Assembly: GCF_025526975.1 (NCBI RefSeq) | Contig: NW_026515679.1 | Location: 186,001 to 250,000 of the forward strand | DNA length: 64,000 nucleotides | Source: Fimicolochytrium jonesii | Lineage: Eukaryota | Direction: 5' to 3' | In this document: positions 38,662-51,815 of the stretch, piece after piece | Layout: each line of letters opens with the position of its first letter | Position numbering within the stretch: the first letter of the stretch is position 1 | Made by a program: the position numbers and the translations under genes | Notes under the pieces: generated by a model | The model's input: the letters and a program-made list of their open reading frames with translations, nothing else | What the model was told of the DNA's origin: nothing | The model's database searches: none

Positions 38662-39674
38662 ATGATGGACCAAAAGCCGCCATCACCGACTGACTGCGAT
38701 CACGTCCCATCCCTCAGCCCAGCAACCTACTCCGACTCGATAGACGTACATTGCCACCCAACCGACACCCCCGACTCGCTGAATGTGATACCCACCCTGC
38801 GAACGCAGCGGTTGCTAGTGATGGGCACGCGCGAGGAGGACTGGCCGCTGGTGGCCGGAGCGGCGGAGAAGTGGCCAGAAAAAGTCATACCGTGCTTTGG
38901 TGGGTGAACATAGGACACAGCTTGCGATGGAGGCACGAGAGAAGATGGGGACGTCTGACCTGACCAAAAAGAACAGGTCTACATCCATGGTTCGCACACC
39001 ACTGCCCCGCACCGCCGTCGGCGAGCGAAGGCTCCACTCACCCGCCGTGGCTACAAACCCTCACCGTGCAGCTCGAATCACACCCAACAGCACTAGTAGG
39101 CGAAATAGGAATCGACGGGATCGCAAAGGACCGCACGACCGACGCGCGATACCCATTCGAGCACCAGCTGGTTATTTTCAGAGCGCAGCTGCAGCTCGCG
39201 GCCCGGATGCGGCGGAGCGTGAGCATGCATACCGTGCGGTGCCATGGACATCTGGTTGATGTGCTTAGGGAGATGCTCGCGAGTGGTGGTGGTGATGGAG
39301 CGGAGGATGACCCGCTCCCACCGCGGCTGAAACACCACTCGTACTCGGGCAGCACGGAAACGACCCGCGCGCTGCTCAGCCTCCGTAGCCCTCACCGCGG
39401 GCGCAAAAGGGCATCACTGCCAACACCAGGGTCGCGGATGTACTTCAGCTTCTCGGCGGGTGTGAACGGCCGGTCGCCCAAGGCGATGGAGCGGATCAGG
39501 GCCGTGCCGGACGACAGGGTGCTGCTGGAGAGCGACACGCATGATGCGCGGATCGTGGATGCGGCGATGGAGGACGCTTGTAGGTTGGTGGCGGCCGCGA
39601 AGGGATGGACGATCGAGGAGACGGCGGAGACGACGGGGAGGAATGCTAGGCGGTTTTTGGGCGAGGAAGGGTGA
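38662..39674 (+). CDS. TatD-family metal-dependent hydrolase (Scn1-like)
   Basis: Exons 38662-38899 and 38977-39674. DVHCHP, FGLHPWF, VGEIGID, SMHTVR, HSYSG, LLESD. Confidence 0.9.
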
Positions 39675-40081
39675 CAGTTGTTTCCGATATATATCATTCT
39701 GAATGGCATTTTTTGGATTCTGAAAGCGAAAACGTATAAAATTCATGCCTGTTTTGATCACACAAACGCCCGTGTAGAGATCGGCTGTACTTGACGGTTT
39801 CAGCGCACTCAATGGTATATTTGACTTCTACTGTTATACAGGACAACAAGAATCGGATCGGAGGAGGAAATCGAAGCCAAAGGTACAATGTACAAAGGAA
39901 TGTCTATTAGTAAAAAGCAGCGCGCAACAGCTATTATGCGAAGTCAAGTGTGGAAGAATATGCAATTGGTCCATTGAAGGACATGGTCCTGTCCCTCCTT
40001 GACCGTCCTCTCCCTGTCCGAGCATACCCCTTCACTATCCAGCATTACACATCGCTGGTCTCCCGGCATAAACGCCGCCCC

Positions 40082-42150
40082 TCACTTCTTCCCCTTCTTC
40101 CCCTTCTTCTTTTTCTTTTTGTTCTTCTTCTTAGACGAATTCACCGTCCCCGTGCCATTGCCCAAACTATCCCTGCTCGCATCCACCCCTGCCTCATCAT
40201 CGCTTTCGTCGTTGCCGTCTCCTTCGCCGGGTGTGCTGGTTCCGGTTCCGGGCGTGGACGTTCCCTCCGTGCCTGGGAGTGACGCTGTCGAGACGCTTTG
40301 CAATAGTTTGGCCGGCAGCGGTTGTGGTTGCGGTTGAGAGGCGGTGGGTGGGTTCGTGGGGTCTCTCGGTGCTGATTCCGGTTTTGCGGGCTCGGGTTCG
40401 GGCGAGTCTTCGATGGTGCGCGTCGTGTTTGGGGTTGGGAAGGATGCACTGGCGGATGTCACGGTAGGGTGTGTGGAAAAGGAAGACGAGCCAGAAGGCT
40501 GTACGTCATTGGAAGTAGGCTCCGAGGCCTTGCTAGCTCCGGACGAGGAGCTTGGTACTTCTGCATGGGATGCTACTGCCGCGTAACTTGGCTCGACCTT
40601 CGAGTCTGCAACCGCCGTTTTCGCGTCTGATTCGGAGGTTTCCTGAATGGTGGGTTCCCGCGGGATGTCTGTCACAACCTCCTTCGCACCGAGTTTTACC
40701 GTTTCTTCAGGAGCTTTCTGGGGCGTTGGCTTCGCGGCATCTTCGTTCTCCGCATCCACTTCCTGCGTCGCAGGCTTCACCAGGCCCTTGGAAGTCGAAG
40801 TGCTCGTCGCGCTTCCCAATATCGTCACAGTTTTGTTGCTCTCTTCCTTGCCCTTCCCCGCTTCAACCATGCTAATCGTCTTTCCCTGTCCATCTACCGA
40901 CTCCGCAAGGTTCGAGACGGAGCCGGCTATCGCTTCCAAACCCGGCTGCTCTGCCGCATCGGGCGCGGACGAGGACTCCAGCAGCATATCAATCTGTGAA
41001 TGTCTTTTCCCATCTTGGGCAAGGAAGTCTTCGGTCACAGCCGGCGGAGGTCCTTTTGTTCCCACCGCAGAGGGGCTTTTACCGGTTCTAGTGGAAGACG
41101 TCCCTGCTTTGCGAACCGGACTGTTCCCGTCCTGTCGCCGCACAGGTGGGAGGTCTCGAGCGGTCGCCTGGGCAGGGGCTGGACCTGGTGGTGGACTATC
41201 CACAACCACGCTCGCCAAATGCGAAATGTAGGGCTCGGCGCCTTCCTCGACGTCCATGTGGACCGTAGCCCTCTTCTCGAGCATCATGGCATGGATGTTG
41301 ATGATAAAGGACGTGAGGACAAGTCCAGCGGCGAGAGACAGCCTAAAGACCAAAGTGACGACGAGCGGCGCGGACCACGTGTACTTGCACTCCTTGCCAA
41401 CCTCCTTCTCATGCCGCGAGTAGGTTATCGTGTGAACGATCTCGGTAATATACACCGCCAGACCGACAAACCAGAACGCGCGAAAGGACCATCCGACTCG
41501 GTCGACGTTGAACGGGGCGGTGAAATGCGCGTGTGAGACCACCCACAGATCCCAGAAGTGCAAGATCCATGGTATGGGGGCCAACGCATACAACCAGAGG
41601 AGGTAGGTCGGCAGAGGCGATGGAGTGTTCCAGTCCGAGTCGTCGATGTACCCGCGTAGGACCCAGATGAACTCGAAGACGTACGCGGCATTGATCATGG
41701 AAACCATCACGATGATGGCATACAAGAAGCTGTCGTGGATGGAGGGCAATCTTCCGAACATGGTGCTCCTGGCGGCTGGGTTGGAGCTGGAGTGACGGAA
41801 GAGGGTCCGCGTCGAACCCCAGTTGTTGTTGGCTTGACCTACACAAGTACGGTGATGAATGATGAGCGTTGTAGAGATGCAGACTCATGAAGAGAAACAA
41901 TCGAGAACTTACTACGCTCACTCAGCAGCGGCTGCCTTTCGCCCTGCAAATAGTCATCAGGGTCCCCTGACCTTCCGGCGCTGTTACGAGCATCGTACCG
42001 ACTCCGAGGCTTCCTCAAGAAGTGGGCAATCGACCAAGTGAGCAGCAATACGACGGGAATCAGCGTCCGAAGAGCGCAAGGCGACAGTAGCGAGTGGTGC
42101 TCGAGAAAAACTGGTCGCGGACAGAATAAAACGTTCCCTGATTCTTCCAT
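40082..42150 (-). CDS. Uncharacterised multi-pass membrane protein with a long disordered C-terminus and polybasic tail
   Basis: Exon 42150-41922 splices in frame (GTGAGC..TGTAG) to 41838-40082. About five hydrophobic segments, ERQPLL dileucine motif, Pro/Ser/Thr/Glu-rich tail ending KKKNKKKKKKGKKGKK. Confidence 0.75.
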
Positions 42151-43081
42151 GTTCACAGCATGTGGTTTCTTGAAGAATGATACGTAGCAACTCCACCAGA
42201 TGTATATATATCGCCTGTAGCTAAGCGTTTGAGGCTCTGACTGCAGCCTCGACGTTGTCAGTCTTTGGTCGAGAATTGAACCCGCAAGATTGTGGAGGAC
42301 CACCGCAAAGAAAAAGGGTTGTCGCGCGGCCAGGTTTACACGGTAAGATTGTACCAGTGACTCAATCCTGACGCGTACCCATGCGTCAACAATTTTTTTT
42401 GAACCAGGGCATTTTCGCCAGTTTGGCCTTCGAACAGCGTTCAGAGAAGCGATATGTATGAAAGTCCAAACAGATACGATGAGAACGAGAAGGTTTCGAG
42501 CTCACTTTTTTCCTTCACATATCCTTTGCCAAATGTGCCAGCTGGAGTTCTTGTTGGAAAGATCCAGTGCAAGCTTGAGGTAAACGGCACACGTTGCTGT
42601 CAGATAAGATCAAGAAATTTACGGTGGTCAAAGAAGGAGCGACCGGCGGAAGACTGCAGCAAACAGCAGAGAGTGCCTGCCATGGTAAGACCCGGGGGAC
42701 AGCAGCACGGTTTCTGCGCCCGCGCCCGGTTTCCTCCCATACGGACCCTCTCCAAACCTGCCTCGTCCTCCGTCGGTCTGATCGTACGTTGCCAGAAGCA
42801 CCCGTACGATCCCCTCTACCAAATCCTTTTATCATCACTCAGTTGTGTGTTCCGTGGGCGTGCCGTCTGAGTCGATCTGTGCCACTTTTGACTGCTCCGC
42901 CATCCAGCTTTTATCCTCCGGTATTGTTCAGTGCATCTCGCTGCTGTGCAGAAGGGATCGGGCTGGCCCGAAAGCGGCCACGCGATTGAATGAGATTCAA
43001 CATTTCCCAAAAAGCAAAAGATACAACGGAAGACCGTGACCAGCACGTCCCGGGTAGTTGCGGCGAACTGAAGATAACCCT

Positions 43082-44156
43082 CTACAAACCAGCTTGCGAC
43101 TGGGCTGGTGGTTCGTACACTTTCCCCAATCCCAATCCAAGCCCCAAGACCAGCGTGACAGATACGACCATCAAGGTAACGACAACGACCGCCTTTCTGC
43201 TCTTCCGCCACAGTGCCGCGATCCGTGCTGTCGATAATGGCATCCGACCCTTTGTCTGGGGGGCTTCCACCTCCTCGATGGTGATCGTCGAATCGGACAT
43301 TAATTGGGGATCTCCGTAATGGTCTTTGCTGCCGTTGGTCACGAAGGAGACTCCAGACATGCAGGAATCTGAGCGAGAGGACTCGCTGATGAAGTGGGGA
43401 AATTGCGAACCGGAGACAACGTCGTGGGCGATGCAGTCGCCCGGGTATACGCCTCGTTTGTTTGTGGTGCAGTTTCGGCCCATCAGCCAGCCTAAGATGT
43501 TCAGAAATCATGGTAAACAAGATTACGATGCTACTTCTGATTACATTGTCACGTACCATCTTTGAAACGTCTTTGCACCTCCAAGCGATCGCCGACGGCG
43601 ACTTGTAATTCATCAGGTAATGAAGGCTCGAAGGATTTCACGGCCGTATGAAAACGGGCGGCGTGTCCTGGCGCATGCAGAAGATTATTCGAAAAACTTT
43701 CATCGCGTTGAGTCTGCCTTTGGGGTTCTCCGTTAGGGCTGCTAGGCGGCGACACTGTTTCATTCGCCCAAAATATTCCTGATGGTTCTTCTACGGCTGG
43801 CGTGAGGGTGAACTTGGATAGAGGAGCAGTGTAAATTCGAGATTTGCATATTAATGGAATGAAAGTCGTGGGAAAAAACAAACCTGGGGTATTGGTCTTT
43901 CAGATTGCAGGTAAAATAGCTCGCTGAAGGTTGGACTTGGCAATGGCGGAAGATTGCCATGAACTTTCTCAAGGTCATTAACGCAAGGGGCAATATCAAC
44001 TGTGGTGGTGGTTTCTGGTGGTGGTCGGCAGACTTGTTTCGGACGGGAGGCAGTGACGGGCACAGTCAACAACGCTGTGGTGCCACTGGACGGGCTTAGA
44101 GGTGCGTCGCCTTCGAGCGGCGATCGTTGTCCTTGCTGTGTTGGGGAAACCGACAT
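43082..44156 (-). CDS. SH3-domain protein with a C-terminal transmembrane helix
   Basis: Spliced exons give HTAVKSFEPSLPDELQVAVGDRLEVQRRFKDGWLMGRNCTTNKRGVYPGDCI (SH3), then RKSRKAVVVVTLMVVSVTLVLGLGLGLG. Start (44156 or 44285) and 3' end are uncertain. Confidence 0.7.
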
Positions 44157-45297
44157 TGGGTTTGGAACTGTCCGGTTCTCTGAGGTCAAAACGGTTTTCA
44201 GGAAAGCGTTAACCGGGTTCTCAGGTTCTCTGCAAGTGACAAGCAGACGCTTACTATCCGGCTTATCCGGGGAAGTCCATCGCATGGAGACATTTACCGT
44301 CTTTGCGAGCTAGTGATCCTTGGGTTTCTGTTTGTCCCAATAAGGCCGAAAAGAAGGTTCTAGCCCCTCACAATCGTGATGTAATGAAGCCGGTGAAAAC
44401 CGCGACTCCCCCAAACCTTGATTACCGCGTAAAAACGAGAACCCCGGAGGGGGCCGGCGGTTGTATCAACCAGTTGGGCTTTTGCCATCCCTTGATTCCC
44501 TTCTGAGATAAACACATAGACGTGGGTTCTGCACATGCACATCGTCCTTGGCACATGCGGCAGTTCCTGCTCGTTGTGCAGTGTGGGGTGCAGAAGTGGG
44601 GTGCCTTGAGCGGCGTGAGTTGCGAATGCATGGATTTTTGACGATCTTTTCTGATGATGCTTGGGCGCCGCTCGGAAATGGAAGAACGTCGTAAATCATA
44701 TTCAATTAACGGCATAATTAATATTTGAGTGTTCGCGCATGGTCGGCTTAAGATGATCGGTCGATTTAAGCACTTATGCGCTATGTGCCCCTAAGGGCTA
44801 CAACCGGTCATCGCCCACAGAGGGAGGCCTTGGACAACAACGGCTGCATATGAGCACTATCTCCTCCTTTTCTTCTCAAGAGCCGCTGTCAGAAACCCGC
44901 TACACCTTCTCTCAGCCGCTCGGGTTGCTAATCACCACGATTCCACTCTGTGAGGCTCCGGGCTTCCTTCGTCTCTTACCCTACCGTTTCCACGTTAGTC
45001 TCTCCGGGTGATCACCCCCGGGGAATCAAACTCGCCAAAACGTCGTCCGTACGCAAATACAAGGGCCAGCGCAAGCAGCAGCAGTCTCAGCCGCAACCGC
45101 AGCAGCAGCAGACGCCGCAGCAGTCTGGTATCGGTTCTCTCCAGCAGCAAGGTGGGCTCGCCGGGCCGGTGCCCGGTGTTCCTCCGGGCGGTATCGCTGG
45201 CGTACCGGTCTCAAATCTCGGCGGTCCGTCCAACGTGGTCGCCTCTCCCCACGATCAGCAAATCCACCATAGACTGCCACGTTCCCAAAGCGATCAA

Positions 45298-48200
45298 ATG
45301 CCCCCAATTTACTCCACCCACAGGCCCCTAATGCCTGCTCCAGGTCAAATGACGCCGCAACAACAACAACAATCGCAGCAACCCGCACTACCGTCCGGTC
45401 AACAACTACCGCCCTCCGCCGTGATGATTCCTGTTCCGGCCTCTGGCAATTCGCGTTTGAATGATCTACTGGAAGCCGTGAAGCTGGAATTTGACAACGT
45501 TGGTCAGGATTACGGTATAATAAGGGTCCAAAGAGATGATCTTGAACAACGCCGTAAGTATCATGAGAATGCTGGCCCGAATGGCTTCGAGATTCACACC
45601 GTATACTGATCTATTGTGCATCATTAGTCGCTGCACAGGTGGCAGAGTTATCTGCGCTGCAACAGAACCTTCATGAACTTGAGCGCGCACACCAAAAAAT
45701 CAAACAGACATATGAGGATGAAATTCACAGACTGCGACGAGAGCTGGAGAATCGTGGTCATCCTGCACAGGGTGTCCCAGCCGGTGATGATCGGGGCCAG
45801 CATCGCGTGGTGACTGGATTCCCTGATGGTGTACCTCCGCCGGTGTTGGGAAATGGGAAAGGCAACGCTAGTGCCGGTGGCGTCTTCAGTGCCCTAATGT
45901 CCGGCCAGGGCGGCCCAGGATCCGCTCCAGTTCCAGGTAAGCCTGTTTTTCATATGATTCTCGACCCTATACTCAACGTATGACGCATATCCATTCATCA
46001 AATGGCTCGAAAATTACACCTTCTCCTTTCCAGGTGGTGATGGTAGGGGAATGCAGCCTCCTTACATGAACGGTGGCTCCGGACCAGAAGCTGGAGGCAA
46101 GCGATTACGCCCGGATGATCCCTCCTTGGGCCACAACACCCGCGACCAACCTGCTGGACCCCCGAACCCCTATATGCCGCGTGGGGATTCGATGCGAGAA
46201 GGCGGACCCTACATGCAAGGCGTAGACCGAGAGCGGGAGCCTACCAAACGCTCAAAAAAGGGCGGTAGTGCCCAGGAAGAAGTTTATCGTCAGGTAAGGG
46301 AAATGATCACAATGGAGGCGAGTCTCATGCGCGTTACTACATTCTTCTGACTACTGGCCTTCCAGGGTCAAGGGAAGGAGCAACCACCTCTGGCACCGAC
46401 TCCTTATGGTCAACCAAGCCCTTACGGTCATATGTCTAGCCACGGCCCAGGCGCCATGCAGATGGGTCTCCCGCCGATCCAGCAGCAGCCTCCAATGGTA
46501 GGCCGAAAGTTTGCTGTGCTCTGTCAAATTGTGTATCTGACAGTGTGTTTCTTTCTGCGCAGCATCCTGGAATGAGAAGCGGCACTCCGACACAAGGCTC
46601 CAAATCTGGGAATGGACATCTTGTAAGTTAACAACGTGCCACCTCCTCAATGTCGCAACCATCATCTCATAGCGTTTTCTGCCAGCCATCACATCAGGGG
46701 ATGGGCACATATTCGCAGTTGCAACAAAATTATCCTCACCATGAAGTCACCGGTCACTGTGAACTTGACCAAGATACCGCACCAGCTGGATGGAAGAAGG
46801 AGGGCGTTGATTGGGTTGTCGTTTATAATGCAAAGAGTCCAAGTCTTCAAAAGAGCCGCATAAATGTGGAGCTGGTCCACAATCTTGAACACGGAAGGTA
46901 AGGCACGATTTCCAGAATGACTCTATATACTTCACGTGGTTAACCGAAGAATGCTCGCTCGTACTTGTTAGTGTTGTCTGCTGCGTCAAGTTTTCACCGG
47001 ATGGGAAACTCTTAGCTACGGGATGCAATCGGGTCGCATTTGTGTACGACGCGCAAACTGGCACCAAATTGAGGTACTTTTGGGTGCACTGCGTAGACTA
47101 CGAAGCGAAGGCATTCGTAGATACTAACTGGTTCCCTCCAGCACTTTGATCGATGAAACCGCACCCAAAGACTGCGACCTCTATATCCGCTCTGTCTGCT
47201 TTTCTCCCGATGGCAAATACCTTGCAACCGGTGCTGAAGACCGCGTCATTCGTGTATGGGACATTATCCGCCGACAAATCATTGTCAGCCTTGTGGGACA
47301 CGAGCAAGATATCTATTCGCTCGACTGGTCGCGAGATGGTCGTGTGATTGTCAGTGGTAGTGGGGACAAGAGCGTTAGGGTAAGCAGTGCTTCCCATCCG
47401 ACCCATTCATTAGGGTTGCTCCCTGCTGACGTTGTGTATGATTTCATTTTCAGGTCTGGGACGCGGAAACTGGAAAGTGTTTACAATTAATGATGAATAA
47501 TGACGAGAAGGCGTTGAATTCGCCTTCTGCGAACGGATCCACTGGCTTGAAGGACTCTGGTGTGACCAGTGTTGCGCTCAGCCCGTTGGACGGCCGTTGC
47601 GTTGCGGCGGTAAGTAGCACATTACGTTATATGAATTTGCGGTGATTCGGATGATGAGAACTAAACGATGCTCTGCGACATTGTTGGAATATAGGGATCC
47701 CTCGATGAGATGGTTCGTGTCTGGGACATGAGAACTGGGAAATTGTTGGAGCGTTTCGAAGGACACAAAAATTCCGTTTACTCGGTGGCATTCTCGCCCG
47801 ATGGTCGCTCGATCGTGTCTGGATCGCTGGATAAAACCTTGAAGATTTGGGATCTGTCCCCCGCCACCCTTGCGTATGTCACCACGCCGCCATCCGAAGA
47901 CATCCCTTTCGAGACAAACATCACCTCCATCCCGCGTCACACGTTTGTCGGACACCAGGACTACGTGCTGTCCGTCGCTTTCGCAGGACGAGGGAGCATG
48001 ATCGGACGCGTGGACTCGCAAGGCAAGCACGTTGCAAACCAAGCAACCGATTCCCTCGCCGAGGTAGAATGGCTCATCAGCGGAAGCAAAGATCGCACGG
48101 TCACCTTCTGGGACGGCCGGGCGATCTCCGGTAACGACAAATCAGGCATGGCGCGCGACACGGGGATCGTCAGCCAGTTCATGCTGCAGGGCCACAAGAA

Positions 48201-48435
48201 CTCCGTGATCAGCGTGGCCTTGGGATCCGCAGCTGGGTTGTTTGCGACGGGAAGCGGGGACTGCAGGGCTCGTATCTGGAGAGTCACGGCTGCGTCTGCC
48301 GCTCATCCTCAAATACCACCTTCCCATGGCGGGCCACAGTCGGCCGGCTCGCAAAATATCCTCCCGCCAATGCGAACGGAACGGCGGGATGATGATAGGG
48401 GGGACAAATCGGACGTGCATATGTCGGAGAAATGA
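45298..48435 (+). CDS. TUP1: General transcriptional corepressor Tup1 (Tup_N plus WD40 repeats)
   Basis: About ten exons. [111 protein letters not shown]. Confidence 0.96.
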
Positions 48436-48628
48436 GAATGAAGAATTACCCCTTACCTCCCTTTAGATACACACCCTCTTGCATGTCCGCTCAGTGCCTC
48501 CCTCAATGTACCCACCTTCCCCGCGTAGCCCGCACCTGGTATCTCATGCCAACCCACCCCCTGCAAACCCTTGAACGAATTTGAGGCATTTATATTCCAT
48601 TTACGCTTTTATTGTTCTATACTTTCTT

Positions 48629-48647
48629 CCCCCCCCCCCCCCCCCCC
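48629..48647. repeat. Poly-C tract (C19)
   Basis: 19 consecutive C about 195 nt downstream of the TUP1 stop. Confidence 0.9.
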
Positions 48648-49389
48648 TCCTTTACCCTCGGGCTTATTTTCTTCATTTCATGAGGAGTTTCCTTTTTTTG
48701 CGAAAGATTGCGAAATGTGGATATCGAAAGTAAACCTCTTGTGATCAGATGATGGATGGTTCAAGTTGTTGTGGGCTTTTTGGGGTTTAATGCAGCAGAG
48801 CGTTCTTTCTGGCGGATCACTTGCTCACACGCTGGGCCTTGTTATATGAAGACAGAAGACGCCAGTTACCTTATCCTCACTATCCACCAACTTGGTAAGT
48901 GAAGCGAGCGCGGATCACTCGCTGTTCGAAGGAGTGACAGTTTTGATGTTGACAGAGTTGGCAGGGAATTCTTTACCAGTAATACTAACAGACGGAGTAC
49001 GAAATTCTTCTGGATCTTTCTATCTGAGGTATTCGATCGAGGATGGCACATGCACGGGCGATAACGGAGGTCCCTGAGTTGATGCGCCGGTGGTAGTCTT
49101 CTCTGTGTCGCGGCCATTTCGTCATCATTCGACAGCGCGTTTCGCACAAGGCCCAAGGGGTTCAATTCAATTGACCACAACGGGGGGGTTTGCTGGATCT
49201 GGATCTGGAGGGGTCCGAGACCAAGGCTCAGCGACTGATCTCCCTGTTCTCGCACAGCCAGGGTTCGCATATAAAAGTGAGGGTGTTGGGTGAACGGTGC
49301 TAAGGGAGAACAGGTCTGCTTGCCAGAAAGCTGTTCACTTCTCGCACCAGAGTTGTTTCCCAGCCGGAGCTGCTCAGTTTCCCAAGCGA

Positions 49390-50746
49390 ATGACCACAGG
49401 TTGCCTCTCTGCTATGCCCCGCGAAGTCAACCCACCGGAAGCGGACGGTCTTGTCCTGCCGTCTCCGACAACGCATGGCGAGCTGCAGTTGCTGGACTTG
49501 CCCACTGAGATCTTGATGGCAGCGATCAGGTTCTTGAACGGGAAGCAAAAATCTGAACGTAGGTTTATGGGTCAAGTTCTGGATCGAGCTTTCTGCAAGG
49601 TTCCAGTCTGACAATCCGGTTCATTCCCTCCCCAAAACTTACAGTCCGCCTCATCTCCCACCACTTCGAAACCCTCTTTTGGTCCGCGCCACTCTGGAAG
49701 ACCTTCGACCACGACGACAAAAGATCCAATTCGCTCAACCCCGTTCTCCGACGTCGCGTGCTCGCTCACTGCGGCAGCACAATCCGCGCGTTGCGATACT
49801 CGAACTTGCAGCATGAGTCACTGTTGCAGATGGTGAAGGGGTGTGGGGGCCTGACGGAGGTGGCGTTGAGGGATGTGAAGCCGGATGTGTTGATGGATGC
49901 TGTGGGTGGGTTGAGCATGGCAGGGGCGTTTATAAAGGTATGAGGATGGCTAGGGGTGCGGTGATCTTGCAAAAGTATCTGATCGGACTTCCTCTCTCTG
50001 ACGGTTAATATAGCTTTCGCGATTGGATATTACCATGCCGTGCAGTCGGACCAGTAGCTATACTCCGAACACCGTCGAGTCGCTTCTCGCTTTCATCGGC
50101 ACCTCTACTCCCAATTTGAAGGGTTTGTTCCATCAAGCCCTCTCTCGGTCACGGCACAATAATTTGTATATCTAATCCCATCCCGCCATCTTCTCCAACC
50201 CAGAACTCCACTTCATGGTCAACGGCTTCATCACCCCCATGGCCCTCAAATCCCTCACCAACGGCTGTCCCAACCTAGAATCCCTCTCGCTTTCCTCCTG
50301 CTATCTGCTCAACGTCACCGATTTCGCCATCTTACTCGACTCGCCCTGCGCGAAAAATCTGCGGTACCTGTGCCTTGCCCAGCTTCGATTCGGGGACGAT
50401 TTGCTGATGGAGGCCATTGCGGCGACTTGCACGAGCCTGCGTGTGCTGCTGGTTCACCATGCGGCGTCGTTGACGGATGGGGGGGTGCGTTGTTTGGCGG
50501 AAAGGTTGAAGAGTTTGCGATGGATCAAGCTTCAGGCGTGAGTGTTCTTGCATTGTGACCGGTGCTTGTGCGGGTCTTCCTGTATTTACGTCGCTCTCTA
50601 TCCACGCCAACAGCTGCAGAAACATCTCCCTGGGAGTACTGGACAGACACGGGTTCGTGAACGATGCAAACTGTCCTGTTGTGTACGTCCCTCGATGGCC
50701 TGTCGGGTTCGGGATGGCGTACAGACGTGTCCCTCAGGAGGCGTAA
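49390..50746 (+). CDS. F-box/leucine-rich-repeat protein
   Basis: Five exons. F-box LLDLPTEILMAAIRFL..LRLISHHF..LW and Cys-containing LRRs CPNLESLSLSSCYLL, CTSLRVLLVHHAASLTDGGV. Start is 49390 or 49414. Confidence 0.82.
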
Positions 50747-51210
50747 AGCGAAAGACTTTCAGGTTTTCCAGGAGAGCTTTGGACGGACGTGGTGAAACTC
50801 GGACGCTTGATTGAGACTGGGAGGTGCATATGGGTAGTCTTAGAGGCGCTGTTCACCCTGCGGACTCGAACATTTTCGTGTGTGGAGGGGTCCCTGGACA
50901 ATGGATGTAGCTATGTTTGCTTCAATATAGTTTGCAAACGAAAGCTTGCGTATCTACGCCTATCCAATGGAGTTGCAAATGAGATGTGAATTGAATAAAT
51001 ACAAACGAGAAGTGCTTCCTCGTTACAGTAAACGCCCTTTCCAGTGCAAGGGTTTCCGTTCCCGTTGCCACAGACGAAAGATCATCGCCAAAACTAGTAA
51101 AATAGCATCTACGTGGTCCTCAAGGCGAATTTTGAAGCGTCGTGAATCTATGTAAGAAAATGTTGATTCTAATTGACGCGATGCGTTCTTGAGCCATTCC
51201 TCGTCTACGT

Positions 51211-51815
51211 CTATTGCGGTGCTCCCTGTCCCATCATAGCCTGCTGCTGTTGCTGTTGCTGCAGGAGAGCGTTCTGTTCCCCGAACCGCAGACCCACACG
51301 TTCCGAGTGCTTGATGAACTTATCTACACAGCGGTTGACACATGTGTCCTAGAAATCCAATGGCGTGAGGAGAAGCCCGGGGGGCAGGTACATTACTGGT
51401 AGCAAAGGCTTACCTCCTTGGTGCTCAGAGATTTCGAAGTGAAGTCGTTCACGCAGTCGGCAAAACACCTGTCGACAAGACTTGCGTACAGACGGAGGAA
51501 GTCCTTCATCTGGAAGGGGTGGAATTTACGTTTGAGCGTCGTCAGCTTGAAGGTTACTGACAGAGTCGAACAGCAGCCCGTTCCAAACGCTTCATCCCGA
51601 CAACAACTTCCCCACCGTGCATAGCACAAAACCCTTCGATAATGGAGACCGTCCAACCCCCTTCCATCCACATCATTCGACATAATCCGCACTATAAGGA
51701 CGAAAAAGCACCCACTGAGCGCCGCCATAATGAAGTTATGGAGACGCACCTGCTTTTGTTCAATGTACGCATTCATCCGCGACCGGTCCTTGTCTGAAAG
51801 TCCGCTGAAATCCAT
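51211..51815 (-). CDS. TIM9: Mitochondrial intermembrane-space chaperone Tim9
   Basis: Exons 51815-51750, 51509-51414, 51348-51211. [60 protein letters not shown] (twin CX3C); Gln-rich tail. Confidence 0.96.

Noticed and set aside
13377..48435. RXT3, Argonaute and TUP1 in one window as a silencing cluster
   Set aside because: Spread over 35 kb among unrelated housekeeping genes; no evidence of linkage without synteny data.
51510..51749. Possible C/D snoRNA in the unusually long (240 nt) TIM9 intron 1 (GTCG-A-ATGATG..CTGA-CGAC on the minus strand)
   Set aside because: C box is imperfect, the D box coincides with the likely CTGAC branch point, and I recognise no rRNA guide.
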